Positions 49,205-60,155 of a DNA stretch of 64,000 nt are shown here, one piece after another. The DNA lies in the NCBI GenBank assembly GCA_963665275.2, contig CAXXIN010000007.1:544001-608000 (forward strand), read 5' to 3'. Source of the DNA: Negativicutes bacterium (GTDB taxonomy: Bacteria > Bacillota > Negativicutes > UBA1444). The position numbers and the translations under genes are program-made. Positions within the stretch are counted from its first letter, which is position 1; each line of letters starts with the position of its first letter. Under the pieces are notes generated by a model that saw nothing but the letters and a program-made list of their open reading frames with translations, did not search any database and had not been told where the DNA came from.

Positions 49205-52200
49205 CTACCTCTCACACACCAGATTTCTGTATGTCATAAACGCATTAGGAAGCCAATCCGACAAATCATAAGGATTCAAGTATATCTTTGTCCTTGTGTT
49301 ATCGAGTTTCTTCCGTATCGCAGGTACAACTTTAAAGTCGACTGAAGGATTAGGTTGAGGCGTGCCGATGTCCTCTGATATCAGCTTCCTCAGTGGCACG
49401 AGATACTTTTCTTGTTCGCTGTCATCGTATTCGTCTGGCAACTGCCCATATTGAGAATAGTCGAGAAGCTGCAGCCCTAAATGTCTGTCGAAAAATTGGT
49501 GGTTTCTCTGATTCCAGTAGTTGTCCAGACAATTCTTACAGGAATGCGAGCATTCACATTCTGAAAGAATGCTCCTTGCCCTATCGAGAACCTTATCAAG
49601 AATTGAGCCTATCAGCGATGAGTATCCCGCGCCGCTTGTGAGGTTGTCATAGAAGAACATTTCAATGTGCGATTTTCCGTCGCTCTTGATTCTCGGACGC
49701 CAACCGCCGCTGATTTCATTATAGTCAATGTCCAAGACAAGCGAAATAGATTTCTTGAGTGCTTCGTGCAAGGTTGTCACGGCCGCCCTAAGTATGCTTT
49801 TTTCTTCTGCATTGCTATTACCAATGAGTTTGGATGAGTCGTAAAAAATGTCCAACATAAACATATCCGTCAAAAATTCATACCCCAAATAGATACCAGT
49901 AGTGACAGTCCCCTCGTGGCGGCATAGTGGACGGCTATCGTGGTATGGTTGCGAGAAAGAAAATGCTCCTGAATTTGTGCCTGCAACCTCTGCACCGCCG
50001 CATTTCCTGCAAACATTGAAACCGTTCTTGCTTTTCCCCATGTTCACGGTCAAGACTTTTCGGTCAGGAAGATTGGCGAAGCGGATATTGCTCCGCCCGA
50101 ATTCTTCCATCCGTATGTCTTCTGGAACATAGGAATAATACGGAGCCTCCGCATAGGTGTATTGCTCATCTTCATCCTCGAACTTTACCTCATCGCCTTT
50201 GACGGGTGAAAAGCCCCAAGGCCGCAGCATTTTATTCTTTACAATGGGCACGCCACAATACGGACAAACTAATTGGTGTGAATCCTCTTGCTCCAAGCCA
50301 AACCAGTTGCACTCAGAACAAACGTAGATATCTTTATAATAGTCCGTGTTTTTGAAGTAGAATTCGGCCTGATTCGTTTCAAAACCTCTCGGACGAGGGT
50401 TGGCATAGAGTCCACCGCTCTTGAATTTTTTCTTGTCAATCGTTACAAAGCGTCCAGGGGCATATTCACTGAGGGCGACGGCGATATCCCGCTCCGGCGC
50501 ATATTGAATATCTCGCGGTGCGTTCCGTCCGCGTTCAGATTCCTTCTCAATGAAAAACCTAACAACATTTTTGGGGAACGAGTACGACGGAATAAAGCCT
50601 TCACGGTAAAAGACATCAAATGCAGGAGTTTCTTTGTCGTTGTTAATGTATTCATCGCGTTTGCCTTCAGCTAAAACTCTTTGGCATATTTTGCGGAAAC
50701 GAACAATGGTCACATCAGTAGATAATTTTGATGATTTCGCAAATGTTTCCGCAAATTCAATGAAATTTTCACTGTACAGTTCGCAGAACGATATTATACC
50801 TATGTCAACGATGCCGTCAAATTGGCCGCTCATGTCCGGTGTTGACATAAACCCATTCAACGCCAGCATATTGACATGACGTTGCTTTATTTTCGGATTA
50901 TCCCGGTCAATCCACGGCTTGCGCGGCGAACCGGAAATCATCTCGTCTGGATGCAAGAAGTAATGACTGTCGTGTGTTCCTCCCGAAGCGTATGTTACGA
51001 TCGTAGAGATTCCTGCATTCTTACGTCCAGCACGTCCTGCTCTTTGCTGGTAGTTTTCTCTCATAGGCGGTATGTTGCGAAGGCCGACAGCGGTTAAAGA
51101 GCCTATATCTATACCTACTTCCATAGTTGTCGTGCAACTTAAAACATCAATTGACTCCTCACCTTTTTCGCCTGCATTGATGTCTTGGAAGCGCATTTCA
51201 TACTTTTCTGTACGGCTCCAAGTATCACTGCGGATTTCTTTATGGGAAAGTTGCGCAGTATGTTCTTCAGTGTTTATTGTGTGAATGCTATCGATTTTAC
51301 TTAAGGCATTGAGAACCGGAAGGCGCCAAAAATCAAAGCGAGATAAGTCGGATTCGCCGATTGCCACTAAGTCCGTCGATTCAAAACAAGCACCGCAATA
51401 TTCGCCAATCTTGAATGGAGACAATTTCCCGCACCTAACACAACGAAACCATATGATGTCTTTGTCAGCAAACTTAATTTTTACCGCACGCAGCTTGATG
51501 TGGAAGCGACCAACTGAAGAGGAAGCGAAAAACAGGTCACGCACCTTATCGATGGTTTTTACTAAAGCGGTATTGTCAAGACAAAGGCGCTCTTGAATTC
51601 GTTGGAGGAATGTCTTATCCAGTGCGGCTGCGAAGTCAAAACTCAATCCGAATTCATGTGCTTTACTGCGTCCAGGCAGGCCCTTTCTAACATCATCTGG
51701 AATTGTTTCTCCCAAAGCTGCGCTGTCGTCCATTACATCCCAGAATAGTAACACAAGCAGCTGATAAAGGGTACTATTATCAACGCCGATTCCGGCGTCC
51801 TCTAATAAATCATCCACACAATCATCAAGTTCTTTTTGCATAGGGGCTAAAAAACCGATACCTATATCCTTGAAAGAGCGTGGACTTTCTGTGAAGAAAG
51901 TAAGCAACTGCTCATAGTAATCTTCAGGCAGCGACTGATATTCAAAGGCAATCGCCGAATAGTTAATAGATTTTCCTCGCCGTTCCGCTCTATTTTTTTC
52001 AATGCTGAATTTTCGTTGGTCATCTCTGAACTTATTTTTGCTTGTCCCGCTAAAGAAAGATAGGTTGTTTTGGATACAGACATCCAAGAACGCGGGGTAA
52101 AGATCAAACAGAGAGTGTTCATTTCTGTCGACTTGTAGTAGCAGAGATGCAAGCATAACCGCCTGGCGGAATGCGTCTGCATCAGATGATTTTGACAAAT

Positions 52201-54436
52201 CCAAGGCTAATTTCGCGGCGTTTTGGCGCGAGTCGGAGAACAACAGAACCTTCTTCCCTTGATTAATTAGTTCTGACTTCGGAAGTTTTGGCGGCTGAAG
52301 TTCAAACTGCGCTTTTGTAAGATTGTAGAATGGCACATTGCCTTTTGTTGATAAATCCACAGGCTTCTTCAAAGGCATTGATTTTTTACACTTGGGACAA
52401 ACGCCAAAGTTGAACGACTGCGACTTCGAGTCAAATTGATTGCTATAGACAACGGCGAGCAAGCTTTCATCGTCGTGGGGAGACGCATAGAGTTTTCCCG
52501 TCAAAGGGTCAAGTGCACCGATTTTATCATTCTTTTTTTTCTGATAGTTTTTAGGAATTACATAGAGCAACATCTCTTCAAGAGAATTTGCATCGCCATT
52601 TAAGCCTCGTTGCGGGAATACATACCAATAGGGCTGTCCTTCGATTTTCTGCAAGAAGACGCGTAGATACAGTCCACCGCACTTAATGTGGTTAACTAGC
52701 TCATATATCCTTCCACCACATGAGCAGTTATCTCGCGGCATTGAGATAATTTTACCAAGAGGGAGTTTCTCGCTTACAGAATATTTTGCGCAGGTGCATT
52801 GGGGGTTAGAACATGCATATAGCCCTTGAATCCCTCGCAAGAACATATGAAGACGCACGGGGAAAAGAACATTTCCATCTTTCGCGGCAAGTGCCACCAA
52901 CGCTAATAGAGCGTCGAGCGCTTTTTCGGCATTAGAAGCATCGCCAAATATTATGTTCTTTATCTCATTGTATGACTTTGCGCCATCACGACACAATCGA
53001 TTCAATTTGACGAAAGCTTCGTATTGGGGGAGGTTGTCGTTAAGCCATTCTTGTGCTTGAGATGGGCTGATATCTTCCGGCAAATCATAACGGAAAACAG
53101 CTGTAGCGAAAGCCTTAATTCTGTTGGAAACTTCTTCACCTTGAACTTGATCGGAGCCAAGTGAGGCTAACGCATCAATATTTATCTTAACCGCATACTC
53201 TTCAGATATATGGTCTTTTGAGCCGACCAAAAACTCACAAAAGGATGCGTTCTTTCCTGTGAGCCCTGTGTAGAAGTCATTTATCGCAGTTTGCTCGCCT
53301 TGGGGCATACTTGCAGTAGTAAGGATAAACTGAACTCTATCCTTTGAAATCCCCAAACGGTAAAACAGACGTTCCAACAAGAGCGCGATTTCTCCACCGG
53401 CAGAGCCGCGATACATATGCGCTTCATCCAAAACTATGAGGAGCTTGTTATCCGCCGATTCATCAAGCCATTCTTTTGTCTTATCCCAGATGTTGGCTTC
53501 ACGCTGGCGCATGAGCATATACTCCAACATTGAGTAGTTCGTAATCAAGATGTCCGGCGGACACCCCTGCATCTCAAAGCGAGTAATGTACTCAGCGTCG
53601 TAAGGCGATGGGTTGTGAATGTTCTTCTCAAGATTTTCAACGAAAACTTGAAGTCCGTTTTTTCCATATCGGGCAGGGTATTTATTGATGCGCTTTAACC
53701 CACCTATGTTGTTGGTTTGCCTCCTTTGCACATCTTTATCGGCAGTTTCGTCAATTAAATAGTTTTCTCGAAAAGTCGCAGCCAATTCGCGGCTACTTGC
53801 AAGTTTTGCATCCCCGGAGTAAGGGGTTCTGCCTGTATACATCCCGAAATGAGGTATCCTTGTTGCCTGAGTATCTCTCATGAAAATGTCTTTGAACTGT
53901 TCACTACCGATAATTTTTCTAAATCTGGCCAATTGGTCGGAAACCAGAGCATTCATTGGATAAATGATGAGCGTTCGCACCGCTTCCTTTTTGAACGCTC
54001 TTGAACGATTTTTCGCTTCTCCGAAGCATTTAGCAATAATTGGCCAAAGGAAACATTCGGTTTTACCTGAACCGGTGCCGGTTGAAACGAAAAGGTCTCT
54101 GCCTGACAGGAAGAATTCCAGTGCCTTAACCTGATGTTCAAACGGGTCAGGGAATATTCCGAGATTCTCTTTAACAAGTTTTAGCAGAGAATCTTTTACT
54201 CCCTGTTCAATCTGCTGGGAGTTCCTGATCCCATCAACTATTTTCTTGTATGAAGCCGAAGTTTCAATGTATGGTTCGCGCGCAATGTTCGTATGCTCTG
54301 AGCATAGTTCCCCCAGAAGGTCATCGACATACAGCAACAGCGTTTCGCTGTTGGCCAAATAGTCGGACTTTATGTAATTCTCCAGCCTGTCCCTAATAGA
54401 CTTATAATATTGCTGAACCCCGTTTGAGCTATTCAT
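49205..54436 (-). CDS. Large DEAH helicase with a DUF1998 C-terminus (DruE-like)
   Basis: [64 protein letters not shown]...CEC..SC..CL. Confidence 0.92.
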   Translation of the reverse strand: MNSSNGVQQYYKSIRDRLENYIKSDYLANSETLLLYVDDLLGELCSEHTNIAREPYIETSASYKKIVDGIRNSQQIEQGVKDSLLKLVKENLGIFPDPFEHQVKALEFFLSGRDLFVSTGTGSGKTECFLWPIIAKCFGEAKNRSRAFKKEAVRTLIIYPMNALVSDQLARFRKIIGSEQFKDIFMRDTQATRIPHFGMYTGRTPYSGDAKLASSRELAATFRENYLIDETADKDVQRRQTNNIGGLKRINKYPARYGKNGLQVFVENLEKNIHNPSPYDAEYITRFEMQGCPPDILITNYSMLEYMLMRQREANIWDKTKEWLDESADNKLLIVLDEAHMYRGSAGGEIALLLERLFYRLGISKDRVQFILTTASMPQGEQTAINDFYTGLTGKNASFCEFLVGSKDHISEEYAVKINIDALASLGSDQVQGEEVSNRIKAFATAVFRYDLPEDISPSQAQEWLNDNLPQYEAFVKLNRLCRDGAKSYNEIKNIIFGDASNAEKALDALLALVALAAKDGNVLFPVRLHMFLRGIQGLYACSNPQCTCAKYSVSEKLPLGKIISMPRDNCSCGGRIYELVNHIKCGGLYLRVFLQKIEGQPYWYVFPQRGLNGDANSLEEMLLYVIPKNYQKKKNDKIGALDPLTGKLYASPHDDESLLAVVYSNQFDSKSQSFNFGVCPKCKKSMPLKKPVDLSTKGNVPFYNLTKAQFELQPPKLPKSELINQGKKVLLFSDSRQNAAKLALDLSKSSDADAFRQAVMLASLLLQVDRNEHSLFDLYPAFLDVCIQNNLSFFSGTSKNKFRDDQRKFSIEKNRAERRGKSINYSAIAFEYQSLPEDYYEQLLTFFTESPRSFKDIGIGFLAPMQKELDDCVDDLLEDAGIGVDNSTLYQLLVLLFWDVMDDSAALGETIPDDVRKGLPGRSKAHEFGLSFDFAAALDKTFLQRIQERLCLDNTALVKTIDKVRDLFFASSSVGRFHIKLRAVKIKFADKDIIWFRCVRCGKLSPFKIGEYCGACFESTDLVAIGESDLSRFDFWRLPVLNALSKIDSIHTINTEEHTAQLSHKEIRSDTWSRTEKYEMRFQDINAGEKGEESIDVLSCTTTMEVGIDIGSLTAVGLRNIPPMRENYQQRAGRAGRKNAGISTIVTYASGGTHDSHYFLHPDEMISGSPRKPWIDRDNPKIKQRHVNMLALNGFMSTPDMSGQFDGIVDIGIISFCELYSENFIEFAETFAKSSKLSTDVTIVRFRKICQRVLAEGKRDEYINNDKETPAFDVFYREGFIPSYSFPKNVVRFFIEKESERGRNAPRDIQYAPERDIAVALSEYAPGRFVTIDKKKFKSGGLYANPRPRGFETNQAEFYFKNTDYYKDIYVCSECNWFGLEQEDSHQLVCPYCGVPIVKNKMLRPWGFSPVKGDEVKFEDEDEQYTYAEAPYYSYVPEDIRMEEFGRSNIRFANLPDRKVLTVNMGKSKNGFNVCRKCGGAEVAGTNSGAFSFSQPYHDSRPLCRHEGTVTTGIYLGYEFLTDMFMLDIFYDSSKLIGNSNAEEKSILRAAVTTLHEALKKSISLVLDIDYNEISGGWRPRIKSDGKSHIEMFFYDNLTSGAGYSSLIGSILDKVLDRARSILSECECSHSCKNCLDNYWNQRNHQFFDRHLGLQLLDYSQYGQLPDEYDDSEQEKYLVPLRKLISEDIGTPQPNPSVDFKVVPAIRKKLDNTRTKIYLNPYDLSDWLPNAFMTYRNLVCER

Positions 54437-55445
54437 CCACGCAGCCTCCCTTTACCTCGATGCCGATGTTGGTAAGCGCAGCAATTGCTTCCCGCAATAA
54501 GTCATTCCGTATCAAAAAGTTGACCTTGTCAAAAGCATTGTTCTCAGGCCAAGACAAAAGCAACAGGTAGTAGTATTCACGGTTGGGCAAGTGTCCCCCT
54601 ATTCTTATTTTTGAATACTCCTCGTCTTGCTTTGCAATGGTGGCTTTAAGGGGCTTTCCGTAATGCGCTTTTAAGGCAAAATACAGCCGCCTATACTCAT
54701 ACGAGGTAAAGCTGTCGTTCTGCGGTTCAACAGTTTCTTCAGCAAATTGCAGGGCATCGTCCACCAACATAACCCTATAAAATGGACCAATTTCACTTTT
54801 CCGAGCTACGGTGCAGTCTGTTTCCATCTTTTTCCCCCAAGACTGCGACGGAACATTGTTTGATTGGGGATTAAAGAACTCAAGCTCGGAAAGGCTGATG
54901 TCTCTGTCATAGAAATCTATAGAGTCAAACCGTGATTGAAAATACATTTCACGAGTTAAGTCGTCTCTAATCATAAACTCTTTCACAAAAACTCTGTATG
55001 CTGTGGGGCTTAAAAAAGCGCCTAGTCCGTTAACATTATAAGCTGAATTGGGCACTCCAAAGAACAACGCTGTATTCCCAAGCGGCAAGCTTCGCCCGTA
55101 GTTGGCTATTCGGTTGCGGTTACTGTTATCAGTCAGAAGATAACCAGTTTCCTCGTAGACCCTCCTGATGTGAACAGGGAAGTTCACCAGTTGATTTCCG
55201 GTGTCAATGAATCTTTCTGAGATAGGAGGAAACAATTCCACAAACCGCGCCATCAAGTCATTCAGCACGATTGTCTGGTTATGCTTTGTTGTTCCGATAA
55301 CGCCGCCCGATAAATTTTGCGCCGTGCAAAGGCACCACTGTCCAAGAGCTGAGTAGCAGAGCCTATAAACAAAGGAGTCTTCGGATTCGCCGCGAAAACT
55401 GCTGATGCCCATATCTGATGACATTGTGGTTAACAAATTATTCAT
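54429..55445 (-). CDS. Hypothetical protein (DruD-like by position and size)
   Basis: ~338 aa, with an ATGA overlap upstream and an overlap with the helicase start. Confidence 0.7.
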   Translation of the reverse strand: MNNLLTTMSSDMGISSFRGESEDSFVYRLCYSALGQWCLCTAQNLSGGVIGTTKHNQTIVLNDLMARFVELFPPISERFIDTGNQLVNFPVHIRRVYEETGYLLTDNSNRNRIANYGRSLPLGNTALFFGVPNSAYNVNGLGAFLSPTAYRVFVKEFMIRDDLTREMYFQSRFDSIDFYDRDISLSELEFFNPQSNNVPSQSWGKKMETDCTVARKSEIGPFYRVMLVDDALQFAEETVEPQNDSFTSYEYRRLYFALKAHYGKPLKATIAKQDEEYSKIRIGGHLPNREYYYLLLLSWPENNAFDKVNFLIRNDLLREAIAALTNIGIEVKGGCVDE

Positions 55446-57031
55446 CCCGCAAACCACCGCCTGAACAGATTCTTGTATTGACATCTTCCGGCATCTCCGG
55501 AATACTTAATCAACCGCTCGGACGTGTTATAAGGTGCAATCCGCATTACATCCACGCAGTAAGGTAAAATGTCGAATGCCAGTACACGGCATAAATCCAT
55601 TTCGGAGGATACATAAATGCACTTATGCTCGACCAAACTTCGACGAAAACCAAACTCGCTAAGCATATCTCTGAGCGATTGAGAATACCGTGTGCCCGGC
55701 AACACACATTGAAGGTTAGCCTCTTTTTCCTCGACCGTTGATGGATCTTCCGTTAAATCGGCATTGCCCAATAACGCTTCAATGCGATTAAGATTAAGAT
55801 AATGGCAATACCGCAAAAATTCTTCAGAAATATAGTATAAAGTTCTATCATAGGCGACCGTTAAGAAAATAATTTTATCCCTATGACGCTCAAATAGCGG
55901 TAATAGTTCAGTTTCATTAAAACTTCCGATGAAGTTATCCAAGCAAACAACGCGCCCGTCAATCGATAAGAATTTTTCTACATCTTGCGCCGAAAGGTCT
56001 TTGCAAAATGCAAGTGTCCTCACATTTGAAGTCGATACTAGCGCATTCGCGATGCACTTCATTAAGATCATGCCCACGCCCCGATTTATAACTACAGGTA
56101 CCCCTTGAAACAGGGTACAGCACAGATGCTCTTTCAATATGGCAAAGTATTCTGAGTTGCTTGGTACACCTAAGTTCTCTAAGTTGTATCCCAAATAATC
56201 CTTAAACTCATCCATATTATTGGGGCATTTTGGCTTTACAGCAGCTTCTTGTTGGGCTGCTTTGATATTTTGCTGTTTTTTCAATTCAGCTCTGATTTGG
56301 GCTTCAATTTGTTTTTTGCTGTCTATTATTTCTGTCAATTCTTTCCTAAGTTGCTGTATAATTTCTTCTCGATCATGTATTTTGGATTTGAAAGCCGCAA
56401 TTGATTCTTCGTTGCTTTGTATGGCGGCGCTCATTTTTTCAAGGCTTGCATTAGTACGTTTAAGGTCCTTAATCTCAGATGAACACTCATTAAGCTTTGT
56501 ACCAGTTCTAAACAATTCTAATTGAACATTTTCAAATTGTCCTTGCAACTTCTTTATTTCAGAAGCTTTGTCTTTTATCTCATTATCGAACTTCTCCCGC
56601 TTGCCATCGGAATCTTTAATAGCCTTTACTGCCACACTCAATAATGCAATGAATTCTTCCGAGTACTCTTCATTGACAAGTTTGAGAAACAAACCGATAT
56701 TGTCCGCAAAGAAACAGTTCGGCAATGTATGCAAAAGCGCAGCTTCTTTGCTATCGCCATCATCTATTCTTTGGGTTATGCATCCTTGAATCTCCTCCAT
56801 CCACCTACTAATATGTTTTTCAATGAAGGACGTGATAAAGGGCTGGTTGCGAAACCTATAGAGCAATGTATTTACTTGCGCCTGATTTTTCATGCTTGTT
56901 GCGCGGAATCCGGGCATAACTTTTGCGAAGTCTTTCGGGTAATGCTTGAAATAGCAAACCGATTCTTGAAGCGGGATTACTGAGCATATATAACGCACTT
57001 CGTCTTCGGTAAGTTGAGGAAGATACTTCAT
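55442..57031 (-). CDS. Coiled-coil protein with a possible degenerate NTPase C-terminus (DruC-like by position)
   Basis: 529 aa, long heptad-rich region, then VVCLDNFIG. ATGA overlaps on both sides. Confidence 0.7.
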   Translation of the reverse strand: MKYLPQLTEDEVRYICSVIPLQESVCYFKHYPKDFAKVMPGFRATSMKNQAQVNTLLYRFRNQPFITSFIEKHISRWMEEIQGCITQRIDDGDSKEAALLHTLPNCFFADNIGLFLKLVNEEYSEEFIALLSVAVKAIKDSDGKREKFDNEIKDKASEIKKLQGQFENVQLELFRTGTKLNECSSEIKDLKRTNASLEKMSAAIQSNEESIAAFKSKIHDREEIIQQLRKELTEIIDSKKQIEAQIRAELKKQQNIKAAQQEAAVKPKCPNNMDEFKDYLGYNLENLGVPSNSEYFAILKEHLCCTLFQGVPVVINRGVGMILMKCIANALVSTSNVRTLAFCKDLSAQDVEKFLSIDGRVVCLDNFIGSFNETELLPLFERHRDKIIFLTVAYDRTLYYISEEFLRYCHYLNLNRIEALLGNADLTEDPSTVEEKEANLQCVLPGTRYSQSLRDMLSEFGFRRSLVEHKCIYVSSEMDLCRVLAFDILPYCVDVMRIAPYNTSERLIKYSGDAGRCQYKNLFRRWFAG

Positions 57032-58467
57032 ATCCGCCCCTCCATGATAAATTGTTTTGCGGCCGAGTTTATCAAACCATACGATTCACATTTTTCTATG
57101 TATTGAAAAGCGATTTCACTGAGATCGCATAAATCAAAAACATCTGCTGTGAAAGGTTCTGTTCGCCTGTAATGAGAGATCAGGTCGTTGAGCAACTGCT
57201 CACCAATCAATTCATTATGTTGCCGAGGGTAAATACAACCGTCAAGATAGCTAAACATATAGCGCCTTATTACACATCCCGGAAATAGTGAAATGGACTG
57301 TCCTTTGCTCACAGGCGTAACGCCGGAGCGGCTGAACAAGTAGTGTTTGCTGTCATTCGACACATTATATACGCTTTCATATCTTTCCGCTATTTGAAAG
57401 TCGTCAAAGCCGATAGAGTGTTGTTCGCCCTTGGCAATTATAATCTCGACATTATTTTTGCACACTTTTGTTTGTGCCTTAACCGACACTCTTGAAATAC
57501 TACTTGAAACCTTCTCAATATCTTCGGAATGGGCATTTATATTGCCGTGAGCTTGCAGTGCAAAACTCGAATACAAAAAGACGTTATTGGATTCGATTAC
57601 TGCAACGTCTTCGACCTGTACCGCCGGCGGCCATAATAGGGTCAGCGTTTCGGAGGCTTCTAGCTGATAACCCCACGCTGCCACTAATGAATCCATATAG
57701 GCAGTCTTGCTCTTGAATATCAAATTTTTACCTAAAAAATTCCTTCCCATCGTTTGGAATTGAAATGTTTCATCCACTTTAATCTCGTTTGGCAGGCTAC
57801 TATCATAAGGTATCGAATATTGGCTTTGAAATGCAACGAAATATTGCACATTTGTGTACAACACAGTACTGCGAACCAGCTTTGCTTTATAGTTTTCATC
57901 ATTTCCTTGTATCTTAAAAAAAATGGGCGCATTGGTATCGAAAGATCGAAAAACCTCGTACTTCCGTTTAATCCCATTAAAAGTGTTCGATAAGAAATAA
58001 TTATGAGAGAAACGCATAATGTAAATCGGCGTGGGGGCATTTGGTGCAAAATTCTTATGGTTAATCAGCAATGAATCAAAAGGTTGTTCTTGAGCAGAAG
58101 CCCTCAACTCAAACCTAGTTGATAACTGCTCATAAGCAATTATCTCATCATCGCTAAAACTAAGTCCCAGATAAAACATCTTGGAACGCTTGTCAAAATA
58201 AAATTCCGCTCTCTCATTCTTGCTTTTCCTCGAATGTGGTTCTGTGCTTATTGCGCTGTATTGCCCGAGATAATCTTCACATCCTACATCATTGTTGCCG
58301 CTACGATGCCTAAAATGCGGAATCATGCTTATGCTTCCCACAGCAGCAATGCGGACTTCCTCGCCGCAATGAGCGCACTCGTAACGATACCGTTCCAGAC
58401 CACCACTTTGGGCGGCCAACTCCGCAGATACTTCGGATTGAAGAAAAGTATCATACGCCTTTCGCAT
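57028..58467 (-). CDS. Hypothetical protein with a CoiA-like N-terminal zinc motif (DruB-like by position)
   Basis: YECAHCGEEV...PHFRH...C; RBS GGGAG before MRKAYD. Confidence 0.7.
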   Translation of the reverse strand: MRKAYDTFLQSEVSAELAAQSGGLERYRYECAHCGEEVRIAAVGSISMIPHFRHRSGNNDVGCEDYLGQYSAISTEPHSRKSKNERAEFYFDKRSKMFYLGLSFSDDEIIAYEQLSTRFELRASAQEQPFDSLLINHKNFAPNAPTPIYIMRFSHNYFLSNTFNGIKRKYEVFRSFDTNAPIFFKIQGNDENYKAKLVRSTVLYTNVQYFVAFQSQYSIPYDSSLPNEIKVDETFQFQTMGRNFLGKNLIFKSKTAYMDSLVAAWGYQLEASETLTLLWPPAVQVEDVAVIESNNVFLYSSFALQAHGNINAHSEDIEKVSSSISRVSVKAQTKVCKNNVEIIIAKGEQHSIGFDDFQIAERYESVYNVSNDSKHYLFSRSGVTPVSKGQSISLFPGCVIRRYMFSYLDGCIYPRQHNELIGEQLLNDLISHYRRTEPFTADVFDLCDLSEIAFQYIEKCESYGLINSAAKQFIMEGRI

Positions 58468-58626
58468 TCCCGCAACACTCCCATTCAATAAAATGATGGT
58501 TAGAAATTGCCAGCTTTCTCCAGCGTTTTGTAAGTCAAGTGGGGAGAAAATTACTGTACTTACCATTATTTACTCTTCCATACTTTTCCGCGAATCCCTC
58601 CCAAATTCCGCCAATTTATCGATTTT

Positions 58627-58774
58627 CGCGTATTCGTAGACCCCGGGGGTCGGAAAAATCGCCTGAACCTAAGTCCAGGCGAACATAAATCTAACCTATT
58701 CGAAATACCCCAAGGCCGCGAAGCCTTATTATTCGCGCCTACTGCTTCTCTATCAACGCTATGCACTCCACATG
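58627..58774 (-). repeat. att arm copy A (rlmD 3' end plus conserved tail)
   Basis: HVECIALIEKQ* followed by GCGCGAATAATAAGG...TCGCCTGGACTTAGGTTCAGGCGATTTTT...ACCCCCGGGGTC; aligns with copies B and C. Confidence 0.92.
58654..58682 (-). terminator. Rho-independent terminator-like hairpin after rlmD (also present in att copies B and C)
   Basis: TCGCCTGGAC-TTAG-GTTCAGGCGA followed by TTTTT on the minus strand. Confidence 0.65.
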
Positions 58775-60139
58775 ATACGTCTGCGGAAACATGTCGACAG
58801 GCTGGATCTCGCTTGCCCGATACCCCATCGGTTCGAGCAATGCCAAGTCTCTGGCCAAGGTCGCCGGATTGCAGGACACATACACCATACGAACCGGTGC
58901 CATCTCTGCTGCCGTTCGCAGAACAATCTCGTCACAGCCAGCCCGCGGTGGATCGAGAACAATCACATCGGGGCGAACCCCTGCGTTCTTCAATTCAACG
59001 ATTTTTTCCGCCACATCTCCGGCGATGAACGAAACATTGCCAATTCGATTGGCCGCCGCATTACGTTCGGCGTCAGCCACAGCTGCTGTCGAATATTCAA
59101 TCCCATAGACCTCTGCAGCGCGTTCCGCCAGAAATAAGCTGATTGTCCCTGTGCCGCTGTATAGGTCAAACACCGTTTCACTGCCGGTAAGCTTAGCTTT
59201 CGCAACCGCCTCTTCATATAGAACTTGCGTCTGGATAGCATTCACTTGAAAAAAAGACTCTGCAGAAATTTGAAAAGAAAAATGTCCAATTTTATCGTGA
59301 ATTACTGGCGCTCCCCACAAAACATGCGTTTCTTTTCCGAGAATCACGTTCGTTCGGGCGGAGTTGATATTCTGCTGGATGGACGTCAATTCCGGCATCG
59401 CCGCCTTCAGTCGTCGGACCAGTTCCGCATTTCCCGGGAAATCCTGCGTTGCCGTCACCAGCACCGCCATTACTTCTCCGGTTGCGATTCCGACTCGCCC
59501 CATAACATGGCGCAAGACACCCTGCCCGGTTTTTTCATCATAGGGATGGACACCGACTGCCGCGGCAATCCGGCGGACTTCAACCAGCAATCGATCATTG
59601 AGCGCATGCTGAATCAGGCAGCTTTCCGTCGGGACGATTGCATGACTCCCCGCAGCAAAACAGCCGGCGACGATCTCCGATCCACTATATCCGACTGGGA
59701 ACTGCGCCTTGTTCCGATAACGCCAGGGTTCTGCCATTCCCAGAACGGGGTTGATTTTTACGTCCGTCAATTTACCGATCCTCTGTATCGCATCCTGCAC
59801 GGACTGAAATTTTGCCGACAGCTGCCCAGCGTATGAAAGATGCTGCAACTGACAGCCGCCGCAAGCCTCATATACCGGGCATGGTGGAGTGACCCTTTTG
59901 GAGTCGGGCTGTTCAACGCGCAGCAATCGTCCCCGTGCAAAATTGGCGCGCACTTCCTCGATCACGACCATCACCGTCTCACCTGGCAAAGCATAGCGGA
60001 CAAAAACAGTAAAGTTTTCGGCTCGCCCCACGCCTTCGCCGGAGTGGCCCAATCCGGTAATCGGAAAAGTATAAGTCCGGCCGAGTTGAACCGGTCGGAC
60101 TTTTTCGTTTGAATTCAGGAATTTTCGATTGCGGGACAT
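58739..60139 (-). CDS. rlmD: 23S rRNA (uracil-5)-methyltransferase RlmD/RumA
   Basis: TRAM domain, CPVYEACGGC, SFFQVN, DPPRAG, VSCNPATLARD, DMFPQTYHVE. Confidence 0.96.
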   Translation of the reverse strand: MSRNRKFLNSNEKVRPVQLGRTYTFPITGLGHSGEGVGRAENFTVFVRYALPGETVMVVIEEVRANFARGRLLRVEQPDSKRVTPPCPVYEACGGCQLQHLSYAGQLSAKFQSVQDAIQRIGKLTDVKINPVLGMAEPWRYRNKAQFPVGYSGSEIVAGCFAAGSHAIVPTESCLIQHALNDRLLVEVRRIAAAVGVHPYDEKTGQGVLRHVMGRVGIATGEVMAVLVTATQDFPGNAELVRRLKAAMPELTSIQQNINSARTNVILGKETHVLWGAPVIHDKIGHFSFQISAESFFQVNAIQTQVLYEEAVAKAKLTGSETVFDLYSGTGTISLFLAERAAEVYGIEYSTAAVADAERNAAANRIGNVSFIAGDVAEKIVELKNAGVRPDVIVLDPPRAGCDEIVLRTAAEMAPVRMVYVSCNPATLARDLALLEPMGYRASEIQPVDMFPQTYHVECIALIEKQ

Positions 60140-60155
60140 ATCTAGTGAACTCCTC

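Larger units (their letters stand above)
16635..58768 (-). mobile_element. Element A: ~42 kb serine-recombinase island integrated in the rlmD 3' end
   Basis: Bounded by duplicated rlmD 3' ends. Contains tandem large serine recombinases, a primase/helicase, an origin-like repeat set, defence genes and cargo. Confidence 0.8.

Noticed and set aside
49205-54436. DISARM (DrmA/DrmB) or Dpd assignment for the DUF1998 helicase
   Set aside because: Helicase and DUF1998 are in one 1743-aa chain, and no DrmC PLD, SNF2 DrmD or dpd genes are adjacent. A Druantia-like layout fits better.
58566-58766. Short ORFs overlapping the att arms (also 16570-16758 and 13960-14161)
   Set aside because: They are alternative-frame reads of the att repeat with no RBS or coding signature. 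Their mutual similarity comes from the DNA repeat.
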